Positions 37,483 through 46,691 of a stretch of 64,000 nt of DNA are shown one piece after another. The notes beneath the pieces were generated by a model. The model saw only the letters and a list, made by a program, of their open reading frames with translations, ran no database searches and was not told the origin of the DNA. This DNA is from an uncultured Thermoplasmatales archaeon (lineage in GTDB: Archaea > Thermoplasmatota > E2 > DHVEG-1): assembly GCA_964481275.1 (NCBI GenBank), contig CAYZTD010000006.1, forward strand, positions 27,643-91,642, written 5' to 3'. Each line of letters starts with the position of its first letter. Positions within the stretch are counted from its first letter, which is position 1. A program made the translations under genes and the position numbers.

Positions 37483-38646
37483 TTATGTCTTCGAATATTT
37501 TTTTTTTCTTCTTTTATATCTTCTAAAGAAAGGGACCTTGTTAAATTGTGGAAAGCTTGCTTTTTTAATTCTAAGTTTTTCATTGCTCTGTACTCTTCTA
37601 AAATTATCATGATCTCTACTTGTGAGTAAAGTTACTGCATCACCATCTTCACCAGCTCTTGCTGTACGACCTATTCTATGAATATATTCTTTTGACGTTT
37701 TAGGTACATCATAATTGTATACATGTGAAACGTTTTTTATATCAAGACCTCTTGCAGCTACATCTGTTGCCACAAGTACATCTGTCTTTTGTCTTTTTAA
37801 TTTATCAAGTGATTTTAATCTTCTATTTTGTTTCATTCCACCATGTATAGCAGAAGCATTTATTCCTTGATTTCGCAGATTTTTAGCAAGTATATCTGTT
37901 TCTTTTCGTGTAGCACAAAATACAATTGCAAGACCTGATGTCGAATTTTTAAGTAAATGTACAAGTAAAGAAAACTTATCATTACTGTTGTAAATATCAT
38001 AATACTTTTGATTTAATTTATCGGTATCAACAAATGGTTTTGTTTTAAACACCAGTGCATCTTTTAGATGTTTTCTTGCTATTTTGTAAACATCTTGGGA
38101 TATAGTAGCACTAAACATCAGAGTTTGCCTATCTTTTGGAAGATTAAAAATTATTTTTTCAACATCATCGATAAAACCCATTTCAAACATCTTATCAGTT
38201 TCATCTAGAACTAGGAATCTAATTTTACTTAAATCTATAGTTTTTCTACGTATATGATCCAACAGTCTTCCAGGTGTTGCAACAACTATATTTGATTTAG
38301 GGATATCTCTTATCTGAGATTTGATGTTGACCCCGCCATATATATCAATTGCCTTTATTCCAAGATTTTTTCCAAAATCTTTAAAAACATCAGTTACCTG
38401 AATACATAATTCTCTTGTTGGAGTTAAAATAAGTACTTGTAAACCATTATCTGGTTTAATCATATCCAAAATAGGTAAACAAAAAGCAAGGGTTTTACCA
38501 GAGCCTGTCTCTGCTTGACCTACGATATCTTTTCCTTTTAATAGTTCAGGTATACATTTCTCCTGGATTGAAGTTAGATCCTTAAATCCAAATTCATCTA
38601 ATCTATCTTTTAATTTTGTATTAATATTTAGTTTTCCAAAATTCAT
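37483..38646 (-). CDS. DEAD-box ATP-dependent RNA helicase
   Basis: Q motif FKDLTSIQ, AETGSGKT, PTRELC, TPGR, motif II as LDETD (Thr replaces Ala), SAT, ATDVAARGLD, HRIGRTARAG, and a basic C-terminal tail. SD GGTGA upstream. Confidence 0.92.
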   Translation of the reverse strand: MNFGKLNINTKLKDRLDEFGFKDLTSIQEKCIPELLKGKDIVGQAETGSGKTLAFCLPILDMIKPDNGLQVLILTPTRELCIQVTDVFKDFGKNLGIKAIDIYGGVNIKSQIRDIPKSNIVVATPGRLLDHIRRKTIDLSKIRFLVLDETDKMFEMGFIDDVEKIIFNLPKDRQTLMFSATISQDVYKIARKHLKDALVFKTKPFVDTDKLNQKYYDIYNSNDKFSLLVHLLKNSTSGLAIVFCATRKETDILAKNLRNQGINASAIHGGMKQNRRLKSLDKLKRQKTDVLVATDVAARGLDIKNVSHVYNYDVPKTSKEYIHRIGRTARAGEDGDAVTLLTSRDHDNFRRVQSNEKLRIKKASFPQFNKVPFFRRYKRRKKKYSKT

Positions 38647-38677
38647 TTATTTCACCTTAAAATTTTTAAAAATAGCT

Positions 38678-38875
38678 TTACTTTATTATTTCTTTTATTT
38701 TTATAGCTTTAATTCCATTAACTGTTTTTTCTGCAATGTATTCAACAGAATCACCTGCATGAAGTAATGTTAGAAATGGTATATCTTTTTCGTATACCAT
38801 AGCACTTTTTCCATCTTGTCCTTCTATCAATCCACATTTCTTCCTGTCGCTGTACCAATTAACAATTCCTTTCAT
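38678..38875 (-). CDS. cold-shock-domain protein (divergent Csp)
   Basis: MKGIVNWYSDRKKCGLIEGQDGKSAMVYEKDI has the OB-fold Csp layout with degenerate RNP motifs. SD GGTGAG upstream. Confidence 0.75.
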   Translation of the reverse strand: MKGIVNWYSDRKKCGLIEGQDGKSAMVYEKDIPFLTLLHAGDSVEYIAEKTVNGIKAIKIKEIIK

Positions 38876-38916
38876 TCAATCTCACCAAATCTTAATTTTT
38901 TTTATAAAAATAAGCA

Positions 38917-39087
38917 TCAAAATGCATGTTTACAATTTTCACAGTTGTTATTAGTATTAGAATTTGTTTTTGAACTAAATTGAGAGCAAACCTCATGTTC
39001 GAATACTGGCCGGTTTAGAGCCTTACACCTAATTACCTTTTTTTGTTTTATACTTTCATTATTACGTCTTCTTTTATTTCTACTCAT
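38917..39087 (-). CDS. 56-aa basic Cys-containing protein, hypothetical
   Basis: Hand translation: MSRNKRRRNNESIKQKKVIRCKALNRPVFEHEVCSQFSSKTNSNTNNNCENCKHAF. SD GGTGAA lies 6 nt upstream. It has four Cys including a C-terminal CxxC. Confidence 0.4.
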   Translation of the reverse strand: MSRNKRRRNNESIKQKKVIRCKALNRPVFEHEVCSQFSSKTNSNTNNNCENCKHAF

Positions 39088-39270
39088 TTATAATTCACCT
39101 TAGCCAAATCTAGGGCTATATATGTTTAAAAAAATAAAAAAAATCAAATCCGTTGTAAACATTTAAAACGGATACTCAAGTTTCTATTTCCTTCTATTGT
39201 ATATAAGAGCATTCTTGTCTTATATAGTTTTGCATTATAAATAATTGAAAAATTTTATTTATATCCTAAC

Positions 39271-40209
39271 TTACAATAAGATATCTAAATCTAATTTGTT
39301 GTTCAATTCTTTATATCTATTACGAATAGTTACTTCAGTAACACCTGCTACTTCAGAGACTTCTCGTTGGGTTCTTCTTTCACCACAAATAACAGATGCG
39401 ATATAGATAGCTGCTGCAGCCATACCTGTAGGCCCTCTACCACTAGTAAGTTCTTTTTTATTTGCTTTTTTTAAGATATCAATTGTTTGCATCACAACAT
39501 CATTACTAAGCTTTAACTTACTACAAAATCTAGATATATAATCTTGTGGAGTTGTTGGTAATAGCTTTAATTCTAATCTACGAGATATATTCCTATAGTT
39601 CCGGCCAACTTCTTTTTTTTTAATTCCAGATACTTTACTTATCTCTTCTAGTGTTCTTGGTACGTTACACTGTCTGCAGGCAGCATATAAAACTGCTGCA
39701 GTAATCCCATCAATAGTTCTACCACGAGTTAGCTTATATCTTGCTGCTTTTCTATATATCATAGCTGCAGTTTCTCTAACATTTCTTGGGAGATTTAATG
39801 CTGATGACATCCTATCTAAAGATGAAAGAGCTAAAACAAGATTTCTCTCCAGACCATCACTTATTCTTGTCCTAGTATGCCATTTCCTTAGTCTAAATAG
39901 CTGAGCTCTATTCCTTGGTGGAATAGATCTACCATATGCATCTCTATTCTGCCAGCTGATATTTGTAGATAGACCTTTATCATGTCTTCTATAAGTCATC
40001 GGCGATCCCGTTCTACTTTTTTTCTCAAGTTGTTCATTATCAAAAGCGCGCCATTCCGGACCCTGGTCAATAAGTTCTGAATCTAAGACAAGTCCACAGT
40101 TTTTACATACAACTTCTGCCCTTGAATAATCTCTTGTTAAATGTGTACTACCACATTTTGGACACTTTATTGTTTCTTCTATTTCATTTTGTTTTTTTTC
40201 TTTTTTCAA
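39271..40209 (-). CDS. tfb: transcription initiation factor IIB (TFB)
   Basis: Zinc ribbon [25 protein letters not shown]-reader, and two cyclin repeats. The only possible start is TTG 40209, because an in-frame stop lies immediately upstream. Confidence 0.95.
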   Translation of the reverse strand: MKKEKKQNEIEETIKCPKCGSTHLTRDYSRAEVVCKNCGLVLDSELIDQGPEWRAFDNEQLEKKSRTGSPMTYRRHDKGLSTNISWQNRDAYGRSIPPRNRAQLFRLRKWHTRTRISDGLERNLVLALSSLDRMSSALNLPRNVRETAAMIYRKAARYKLTRGRTIDGITAAVLYAACRQCNVPRTLEEISKVSGIKKKEVGRNYRNISRRLELKLLPTTPQDYISRFCSKLKLSNDVVMQTIDILKKANKKELTSGRGPTGMAAAAIYIASVICGERRTQREVSEVAGVTEVTIRNRYKELNNKLDLDILL

Positions 40210-40275
40210 TTAAACCAGACCTAATTATTTTATCAGTATTAAATAGGAAAAAATGATGAGATTTTATAAATAAAT

Positions 40276-40467
40276 TTACAATTTTTTTATGTTCTTTGCT
40301 TTTGGTCCTCTATCTGAATCTTCAATCTCATATTCAACTGAATCTTCTTCATTAAGGTTCACACCTGTTGGAATATCAGATTGATGAACAAAAACATCTT
40401 TTCCATCTTCTCCTATAATAAAACCATATCCTTTACGAGAATTATACCATTTTATTTTACCTTTCAT
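40276..40467 (-). CDS. cold-shock protein (CspA family)
   Basis: MKGKIKWYNSRKGYGFIIGEDGKDVFVHQSDI with RNP1-like KGYGFI and RNP2-like VFVHQ. Strong SD AAGGAGGTGA upstream. Confidence 0.9.
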   Translation of the reverse strand: MKGKIKWYNSRKGYGFIIGEDGKDVFVHQSDIPTGVNLNEEDSVEYEIEDSDRGPKAKNIKKL

Positions 40468-41019
40468 ATTTAGTTCACCTCCTTATCTATTATACGATAA
40501 CTTTTAAAGACAAAAAACAAAAAATTCAAAAATTCGTATAAACGAAAATATGAAGTTTTTATCTTTACTCTCTTTTTAAAACTATAAGAACTAGTGATTT
40601 AAATAAATTTTTATACATTTCATAAGAAAATAAGTAACACAAATTATTTACTAAAAAATCCCATACATTTATTTAATCTGGAGACAAATTTAATACAATA
40701 ATTAAAGCAGGATTATATCAGAAGTTATTATTCTTTGGTAAATACCTTTCATCTAGGATGCATTCCATTTTCAGATCATTAATAACATGTCTTTTTAAGT
40801 CTATTTAAATCAGATATGTAATTAGCAAGAATCTTTGAGAGAAAAAAGGGTTTAGGAATGGATTCATAGGTATTATTCTCAAGATTGAATAAGTACAAAA
40901 AGAAGTTTTTTGTTGTATATAAGAATACCTAATTTGTTGTATTTCAAGAATATATAACAATAGAAATATTTATATATCTTTATTTATATAAATAAGTAGA
41001 GAAAAATGATGTGATAAAC

Positions 41020-42729
41020 ATGAATAAGAAGATTATAGGAATATTTTTAATGTTACTTTTTTTCATATCTACATTAAACAATTCAATAATTTCAACAGGT
41101 AAAAATTCAGATAAAAATTTAGTTGAAAACTTTACCTCAACTGATTGGGAAGAATTTGATAGTTCTCATAATCTCCAAGAGGGATGGCTTCATACAGACC
41201 ATGGATTTGAAGAAGAAACTAACGACAAAGGAATTCATATAAGAGTTGATACAAGCTGTGGACTTCTTGGCTACCTAAAATTAACACAAAAAGCATGGCA
41301 TACTAAATATTGGACTACTAGCCATGAAAGTAATTTTCAGTTTGTTTTTGATTACAGTACATGGGGCAGTATTCTTTTAGAAGGTATAAACTACTGTGGT
41401 ATCAATACAGGCTGGTGTAATGTTACTGTTTTTTTCCAAGTAATAGACATAGAAACAGATTCCTATTGGATAAATTATGAAAGATGTGTTGCTGCAAAAT
41501 CTGATATATTATTTCCAATAAGTCAAAATTTTGATGAAAATCTAAAATATTCTTCAAGAAAAATGCATATAACAGAAGGTAAAGATTTAATTATTAAAGC
41601 CGGAATAAAAGTACAAAATTATATTATAGCAGAACTTCTAGCGGCAGAAAGTTGTTATTCAAATATATATGGTAAAATGAATAGCATTAAGATTTATTCT
41701 GATTATGATCCCGATGCTCCAGTTTTATCAACAGACCCAGATTCCCCAAATCATAATTTTGGAACTCAATATAGAGGAATAAGAATATGGAGCTTTAATG
41801 TTTATAATAGTGGAGGCGGAACTCTTGGCGACTATGAAATATCTACAAAATCAGATTGGATAAAAAAGATAATAAAAATTCCTTTTTCATCTTATAATTA
41901 CTGGAAAAATTTTCTTATATTCAATACAACAGAATTAGCCGAAGGTGAACACGAGGCTACTTTTACAATTAATTCAGAATACGGATCGAAAACTGGTACC
42001 ATAAAAATTGATATTATTAATGCTCCACCGTACTCCCCTCACAATCCTTATCCAGAAGATGAAATGGAAGATGCCGTTGTTGGTCCTGATACTGGCACAG
42101 TATGGTTATTTTGGAATTGTAGTGATGTAGATAAAGATCCATTAACATATGATGTCTACTTTGGAAGTAATCCAGATACATTAACAAAAATCGAAAACCA
42201 AATCATAAAAATTCCTGGCGGCGCTTGTACCTATAAAACCGGTGTTGGATATGGTAAAACACGTTATTGGAAGGTTATAGCAAACGATTCCAAAGAACAT
42301 AGCACCGAAGGACCAATTTGGTCTTTTACAACTAATCTTAGACCTAATAAACCAGAAAAACCAGACGGAGAAACACATGGATCTAAAGATACTACTTATT
42401 CATATACAACAAAGACAACAGATCCTAATGGACATAATTTAAAATATAAATTTGATTGGGGAGATGGAACAGAATCAAATTGGCTTGGACCCTATGATTC
42501 AGGTGACACAGTAAAGGCAAGTCATACCTGGGAAGATAGAGGTAGTTATAACATAAAGGTAAAAGCTAAAGATAGTCGAGGAGGAATCAGTGATTGGTCT
42601 GAACCATTAAGCGTATCTATGCCAAAAACTAGAAACAAAGAAGTAAATTTACCGATTCGCAAATTTTTTGGTAGATCAGATATGCCATTAATATTTTTGA
42701 TACAACGGTTTCTATCTGGATTTCAATAA
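41020..42729 (+). CDS. secreted surface protein with FN3-like and PKD-like domains
   Basis: Signal peptide IIGIFLMLLFFISTL. The C-terminal part has LTYDVYFGSNPDTL...YWKVIANDS (FN3-like) and YKFDWGDGTESNW...SHTWEDRGSYNIKVKAKD (PKD-like). ATG 41020 follows GTGAT. Confidence 0.75.
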   Translation: MNKKIIGIFLMLLFFISTLNNSIISTGKNSDKNLVENFTSTDWEEFDSSHNLQEGWLHTDHGFEEETNDKGIHIRVDTSCGLLGYLKLTQKAWHTKYWTTSHESNFQFVFDYSTWGSILLEGINYCGINTGWCNVTVFFQVIDIETDSYWINYERCVAAKSDILFPISQNFDENLKYSSRKMHITEGKDLIIKAGIKVQNYIIAELLAAESCYSNIYGKMNSIKIYSDYDPDAPVLSTDPDSPNHNFGTQYRGIRIWSFNVYNSGGGTLGDYEISTKSDWIKKIIKIPFSSYNYWKNFLIFNTTELAEGEHEATFTINSEYGSKTGTIKIDIINAPPYSPHNPYPEDEMEDAVVGPDTGTVWLFWNCSDVDKDPLTYDVYFGSNPDTLTKIENQIIKIPGGACTYKTGVGYGKTRYWKVIANDSKEHSTEGPIWSFTTNLRPNKPEKPDGETHGSKDTTYSYTTKTTDPNGHNLKYKFDWGDGTESNWLGPYDSGDTVKASHTWEDRGSYNIKVKAKDSRGGISDWSEPLSVSMPKTRNKEVNLPIRKFFGRSDMPLIFLIQRFLSGFQ

Positions 42730-42797
42730 AATAATCTATCGTTTTTTCTATTTTTTAAAATATTGTTAAGGAATTTTTTATAAAAGATTAGTAGAAA

Positions 42798-42869
42798 AGC
42801 CGCTGGTGGGAATTGAACCCACGACCTATTCCTTACCAAGGAATCGCTATACCTCTAAGCCACAGCGGC
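42798..42869 (-). tRNA. tRNA-Thr (anticodon GGU)
   Basis: Hand-folded 72 nt. Acceptor GCCGCTG/CAGCGGC, anticodon stem ATTCC/GGAAT with loop UUGGUAA, T-arm GTGGG-TTCAATT-CCCAC. Confidence 0.9.
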
Positions 42870-43004
42870 AAATTATCTTTTTCAGTGAATGTAAAAGGGT
42901 TTATTTTATTTTTCGTAGTTTTTAATTAACATTTTTTGGGTTAAAAGATAAGTTTTTTTACTAAAGAAGTTATTTTTGCTAAAAATAAGGGAGAAAATAA
43001 TTCT

Positions 43005-43883
43005 ATGAATCCAATTGATTTACCTGATGTACAATCAAGTCCATCGCAATTTAATTTTAAACTTACTCGTGTTGGGGTTACGGATGTAAAAAAACTTGTA
43101 TATATCAAAAGACCTGATAAAAAACAAGCTATGCCATTAGTTGTAAAAATGGATCTTTTTGTTGATCTCCCCGCATCTCAGAAAGGAAGCCATATGTCAA
43201 GAAATCTTGAGCTTTTTTCTGAAACAATAGATAAAAATCTAAAAACAAGAGTTTCTGATTTGGAATCTTTCTGTGCTCAAACAGCTAAATTATTACTTGA
43301 AAAACATGATTACGCTACTTTTTCTGAAGTGAAAGCAGAAGCAGATTATTTTTTAGAAAGAACATATCCAGATAAAAAAAAGGGTCTGGAACCTTTCAAA
43401 CTTGTATCTGAAGCACGGGCAAAGGGAAATGGTGAAATAAAAAAATTAATTGGTGTAAAAGCAATAGGAATGACTGCTTGTCCATGTGCTCGAGAAGTTA
43501 TAAAAACAATTGGAAAATACAATAAAAGAGATATCCCCCCAACACATAATCAACGTAATATCACTACTCTTATGATAGAAGTACCAGGTGATGATAAATC
43601 TGTTGATGCAAACGATTTAATAGATATTGCTGAAAAATCATTTAGCAGCCCTACATATGGAATTTTAAAAAGAAGAGAAGAAGGAGAACTTGTATACAAC
43701 GCTCATAAAAACCCAAAATTTGTTGAAGATGTAGTAAGAGACATACTAAGTGCTATATTAAAAAAATACAAAAACTTGCCAGATGATGTTATAGTAATTG
43801 TAAGAAGTGAAAGCGAAGAATCAATACATAAACACAATGCCTTTGCAGAAAGAGTAACAACATTAGGTGAATTAAGGAAATAA
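43005..43883 (+). CDS. mptA: GTP cyclohydrolase, FolE2/MptA family
   Basis: DLPDVQSS N-terminal motif, QKGSHMSRN, and GMTACPCA, typical of type IB/MptA cyclohydrolases. Confidence 0.82.
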   Translation: MNPIDLPDVQSSPSQFNFKLTRVGVTDVKKLVYIKRPDKKQAMPLVVKMDLFVDLPASQKGSHMSRNLELFSETIDKNLKTRVSDLESFCAQTAKLLLEKHDYATFSEVKAEADYFLERTYPDKKKGLEPFKLVSEARAKGNGEIKKLIGVKAIGMTACPCAREVIKTIGKYNKRDIPPTHNQRNITTLMIEVPGDDKSVDANDLIDIAEKSFSSPTYGILKRREEGELVYNAHKNPKFVEDVVRDILSAILKKYKNLPDDVIVIVRSESEESIHKHNAFAERVTTLGELRK

Positions 43884-43930
43884 TTCTTTTTCAAAAACTT
43901 TTAAATTAATGCTTTTAATTACACACAAAT

Positions 43931-45067
43931 ATGTCAAAATATAAAATAGCATGGTTACCAGGAGATGGTGTTGGAAACGACGTGATGGATTGCGCAAAAA
44001 GAATTCTAGATGAAATAAGTCTAGATGCAGAATACTTACCAGGAGATGTAGGCTGGGAATTTTGGAAAAATGAAGGAGATCCTCTACCTCAAAGAACAAT
44101 TGATCTATTAAGTGAATGCGATTGTTGTCTTTTTGGAGCAATAACTTCAAAACCAAACCAGGAAGCACAAAAAGAACTAAAAGCAGAATTAAAAGGACAA
44201 GGATATGTATATTCAAGTCCAATTGTAAGATTACGTCAACATTTTAATCTTCATACAAATATGCGCCCCTGTAAAGCATTTGAAGGAAATCCATTGAATT
44301 ATCGTGATGATATAGATATTGTAGTTTTCAGGGAAAACACTCAAGGTCTATATGCAGGAGTAGAATTCAGCCCTGTTCCAGAAAACATTTTCAAAGCATT
44401 AAATACACACCCCAAAATGGAAAAATTCAAAGATGTTCCACTTTCAGATATGGCAATATCAACAAGGATCTTTACAAGAGATGGTTGTAAAAGCATTATC
44501 AATCAAGGTTTTAACTATGCAGATAAACACAATCGTAAAAGTGTAACTATTGTTGAAAAGCCAAATGTAATTCGTGAAACAAGTGGAATGATGGTCGAAG
44601 AAGCAAGAAAAATTGCAAAAAAATATCCAAATATTGAACTTTGGGAGACAAATATTGATGCGATGTGTATGTGGCTTGTAAAAAATCCACAAGATTATGA
44701 TGTTCTTGTATCATCAAATATGTTTGGAGATATCATATCTGATCTATGCGCTCAACTAGTTGGTGGTCTTGGTTTTGCGGCAAGTGGAAACATAGGTGAT
44801 AACTTAGCTATATTCGAACCAACTCATGGATCTGCACCAAAATATGCAGGACAATACAAAGTAAATCCTACTGCAATGCTTCTTTCTGTCAAAATGATGC
44901 TTGAATGGCTTGGTGAAAAAGAAGATGCAGAAAAACTTCAAAATGCAATAGCAACTGTCATAAAAGAAGGAAAAGTTAAAACTTATGATATGGGTGGAAA
45001 TAACACATCTATTGAGGTCGCAAAAGAAATTTCAAATAAATACAAAAAAGCAGTAAAAAGCATCTGA
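43931..45067 (+). CDS. isocitrate/isopropylmalate dehydrogenase family enzyme
   Basis: IAWLPGDGVGNDV, LRQHFNLHTNMRPCK, NMFGDIISDL, and EPTHGSAPKYAG. Substrate not resolved. Confidence 0.85.
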   Translation: MSKYKIAWLPGDGVGNDVMDCAKRILDEISLDAEYLPGDVGWEFWKNEGDPLPQRTIDLLSECDCCLFGAITSKPNQEAQKELKAELKGQGYVYSSPIVRLRQHFNLHTNMRPCKAFEGNPLNYRDDIDIVVFRENTQGLYAGVEFSPVPENIFKALNTHPKMEKFKDVPLSDMAISTRIFTRDGCKSIINQGFNYADKHNRKSVTIVEKPNVIRETSGMMVEEARKIAKKYPNIELWETNIDAMCMWLVKNPQDYDVLVSSNMFGDIISDLCAQLVGGLGFAASGNIGDNLAIFEPTHGSAPKYAGQYKVNPTAMLLSVKMMLEWLGEKEDAEKLQNAIATVIKEGKVKTYDMGGNNTSIEVAKEISNKYKKAVKSI

Positions 45068-45148
45068 ATTAGGTTAAGTCACAAATGGTGGTCTAAAAAC
45101 TTTATATACTGATATTTCTTATATAATATATTAGTAAGAAAATATAAG

Positions 45149-45262
45149 AGGCGAACTCCAATGAAATGTAAAAACCCATATTTTTTACACAAAACCCCCA
45201 TACTTTGTGAATAAATACCCTTTTCTGAATTGCATTTCATAGGAAGCCGCTTATCTTTTTTT
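45149..45262 (+). ncRNA. candidate structured small RNA or 5' leader element
   Basis: Closing helix 45161-45168 ATGAAATG / 45233-45240 CATTTCAT with outer pairs 45149-45153 / 45248-45252. Two internal hairpins (45069-style numbering corrected: 45169-45187 and 45188-45209) have C-rich loops CCCAUAU and ACCCCCAUAC. TATA-like TTATATAA sits about 25 nt upstream, and a T-run at 45255-45262 follows. Confidence 0.3.
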
Positions 45263-45350
45263 ATTTATCTATCAGAGATTACAAAAGTTAGAAGAAAAGA
45301 ATTTAAAGGGACATCTAATACCAAAAAAACGATTCTACAAGGTGAAAAAC

Positions 45351-46685
45351 ATGAACGGAAAGAAAAAAGTAATAATAATGGGTGCAGCAGGACGTGATTT
45401 TCATAATTTTAACACCTATTTTAGAAATAATAGAGAATATGAAGTAATAGCTTTTACAGCAACACAAATTCCAGACATACACGGACGAAAATATCCAAAA
45501 GAACTATCAGGTGAACTTTATCCAAAGGGGGTTCCAATATATGCTGAGGAAAAAATAACAGATTTAATTAAAGAACATAATATAGATTTAGTTGCATTCT
45601 CCTATAGCGATCTTTCTTATGATTATGTTATGAGTAAATCAGCTGAAGTTAACGCTGCTGGTGCAGATTTTGTATTACTTGGACCAAATAGTACTCAGAT
45701 AAAATCAAAAAAACCAGTAATTGCAGTATGTGCAGTTAGAACTGGTTGTGGAAAATCCCAAGTTTCACGTAAAATATTTGAAATACTACTTGAAAAAGGA
45801 CTTAAGGTTGCCTCAATCAGACATCCCATGCCCTATGACAAAGATTTAAACATGCAAACTCTACAAAGATTTGCAAGTTATGATGATCTAGATAAATACA
45901 ACTGTACAATAGAAGAAAGAGAGGAATACGAACCATACATAGATATGGGTGGTGTTATCTATGCAGGTGTTGACTACGAAAAAATACTGAGAGATGCTGA
46001 AAAAGAAGCAGATATCATAATTTGGGATGGAGGAAATAACGATTTTTCATTTTACAAACCAAATCTATTGATTACTCTAGCAGATCCACACAGACCGGGG
46101 CACGAAATAAGTTATTACCCGGGTGAAGTAAATATTCGTAGTGCAGATATAGCAATAATTAATAAAGTAAACACAGCAGATAAAAAAAACATAGAGTTAG
46201 TTCGTAAAAATATTAAAAAAGTTAATCCAAAAGCAAAAATTATAGAAGGAATCTCAACAGTTACACTAGATGAAAATAAAGATAAAATCTCTGGTAAAAA
46301 AGTACTAGTTATAGAAGACGGGCCAACAGTAACACATGGCAGTATGCCATATGGGGCTGGAACAGTAGCAGCAAAAGATGCAGGAGTTGCAGAAATTGTT
46401 GATCCAAGAGATTTTGCTGTTGGAAGTATAGTTGATACATTTGACAAATATACTCATTTAACAAATGTTTTACCAGCTATGGGATATGGTAAAAAACAGA
46501 TGAACGAACTCGAACAAACTATAAACAACTCAGATGTAGATGTTGTAGTAAGTGGTACACCTATTGATATTACACGCGTGATAAATCCTAAAAAACCAAT
46601 TGTACGTGTTAGATATGGTGTCGGAGATAAAACAACAGAAGAATTAAAAAAAGTAATAGATGATTTTACAAAAAAGCATCTATAA
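45351..46685 (+). CDS. P-loop protein of the family annotated as cyclic 2,3-diphosphoglycerate synthetase / predicted GTPase
   Basis: VIIMGAAGRDFHNFNTYFRNN...VIAFTATQIP N-terminal block and Walker A VRTGCGKSQ. ATG 45351 lies 5 nt after the SD GGTGA, and the track start is the GTG of that SD. Confidence 0.7.
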   Translation: MNGKKKVIIMGAAGRDFHNFNTYFRNNREYEVIAFTATQIPDIHGRKYPKELSGELYPKGVPIYAEEKITDLIKEHNIDLVAFSYSDLSYDYVMSKSAEVNAAGADFVLLGPNSTQIKSKKPVIAVCAVRTGCGKSQVSRKIFEILLEKGLKVASIRHPMPYDKDLNMQTLQRFASYDDLDKYNCTIEEREEYEPYIDMGGVIYAGVDYEKILRDAEKEADIIIWDGGNNDFSFYKPNLLITLADPHRPGHEISYYPGEVNIRSADIAIINKVNTADKKNIELVRKNIKKVNPKAKIIEGISTVTLDENKDKISGKKVLVIEDGPTVTHGSMPYGAGTVAAKDAGVAEIVDPRDFAVGSIVDTFDKYTHLTNVLPAMGYGKKQMNELEQTINNSDVDVVVSGTPIDITRVINPKKPIVRVRYGVGDKTTEELKKVIDDFTKKHL

Positions 46686-46691
46686 AATTTT

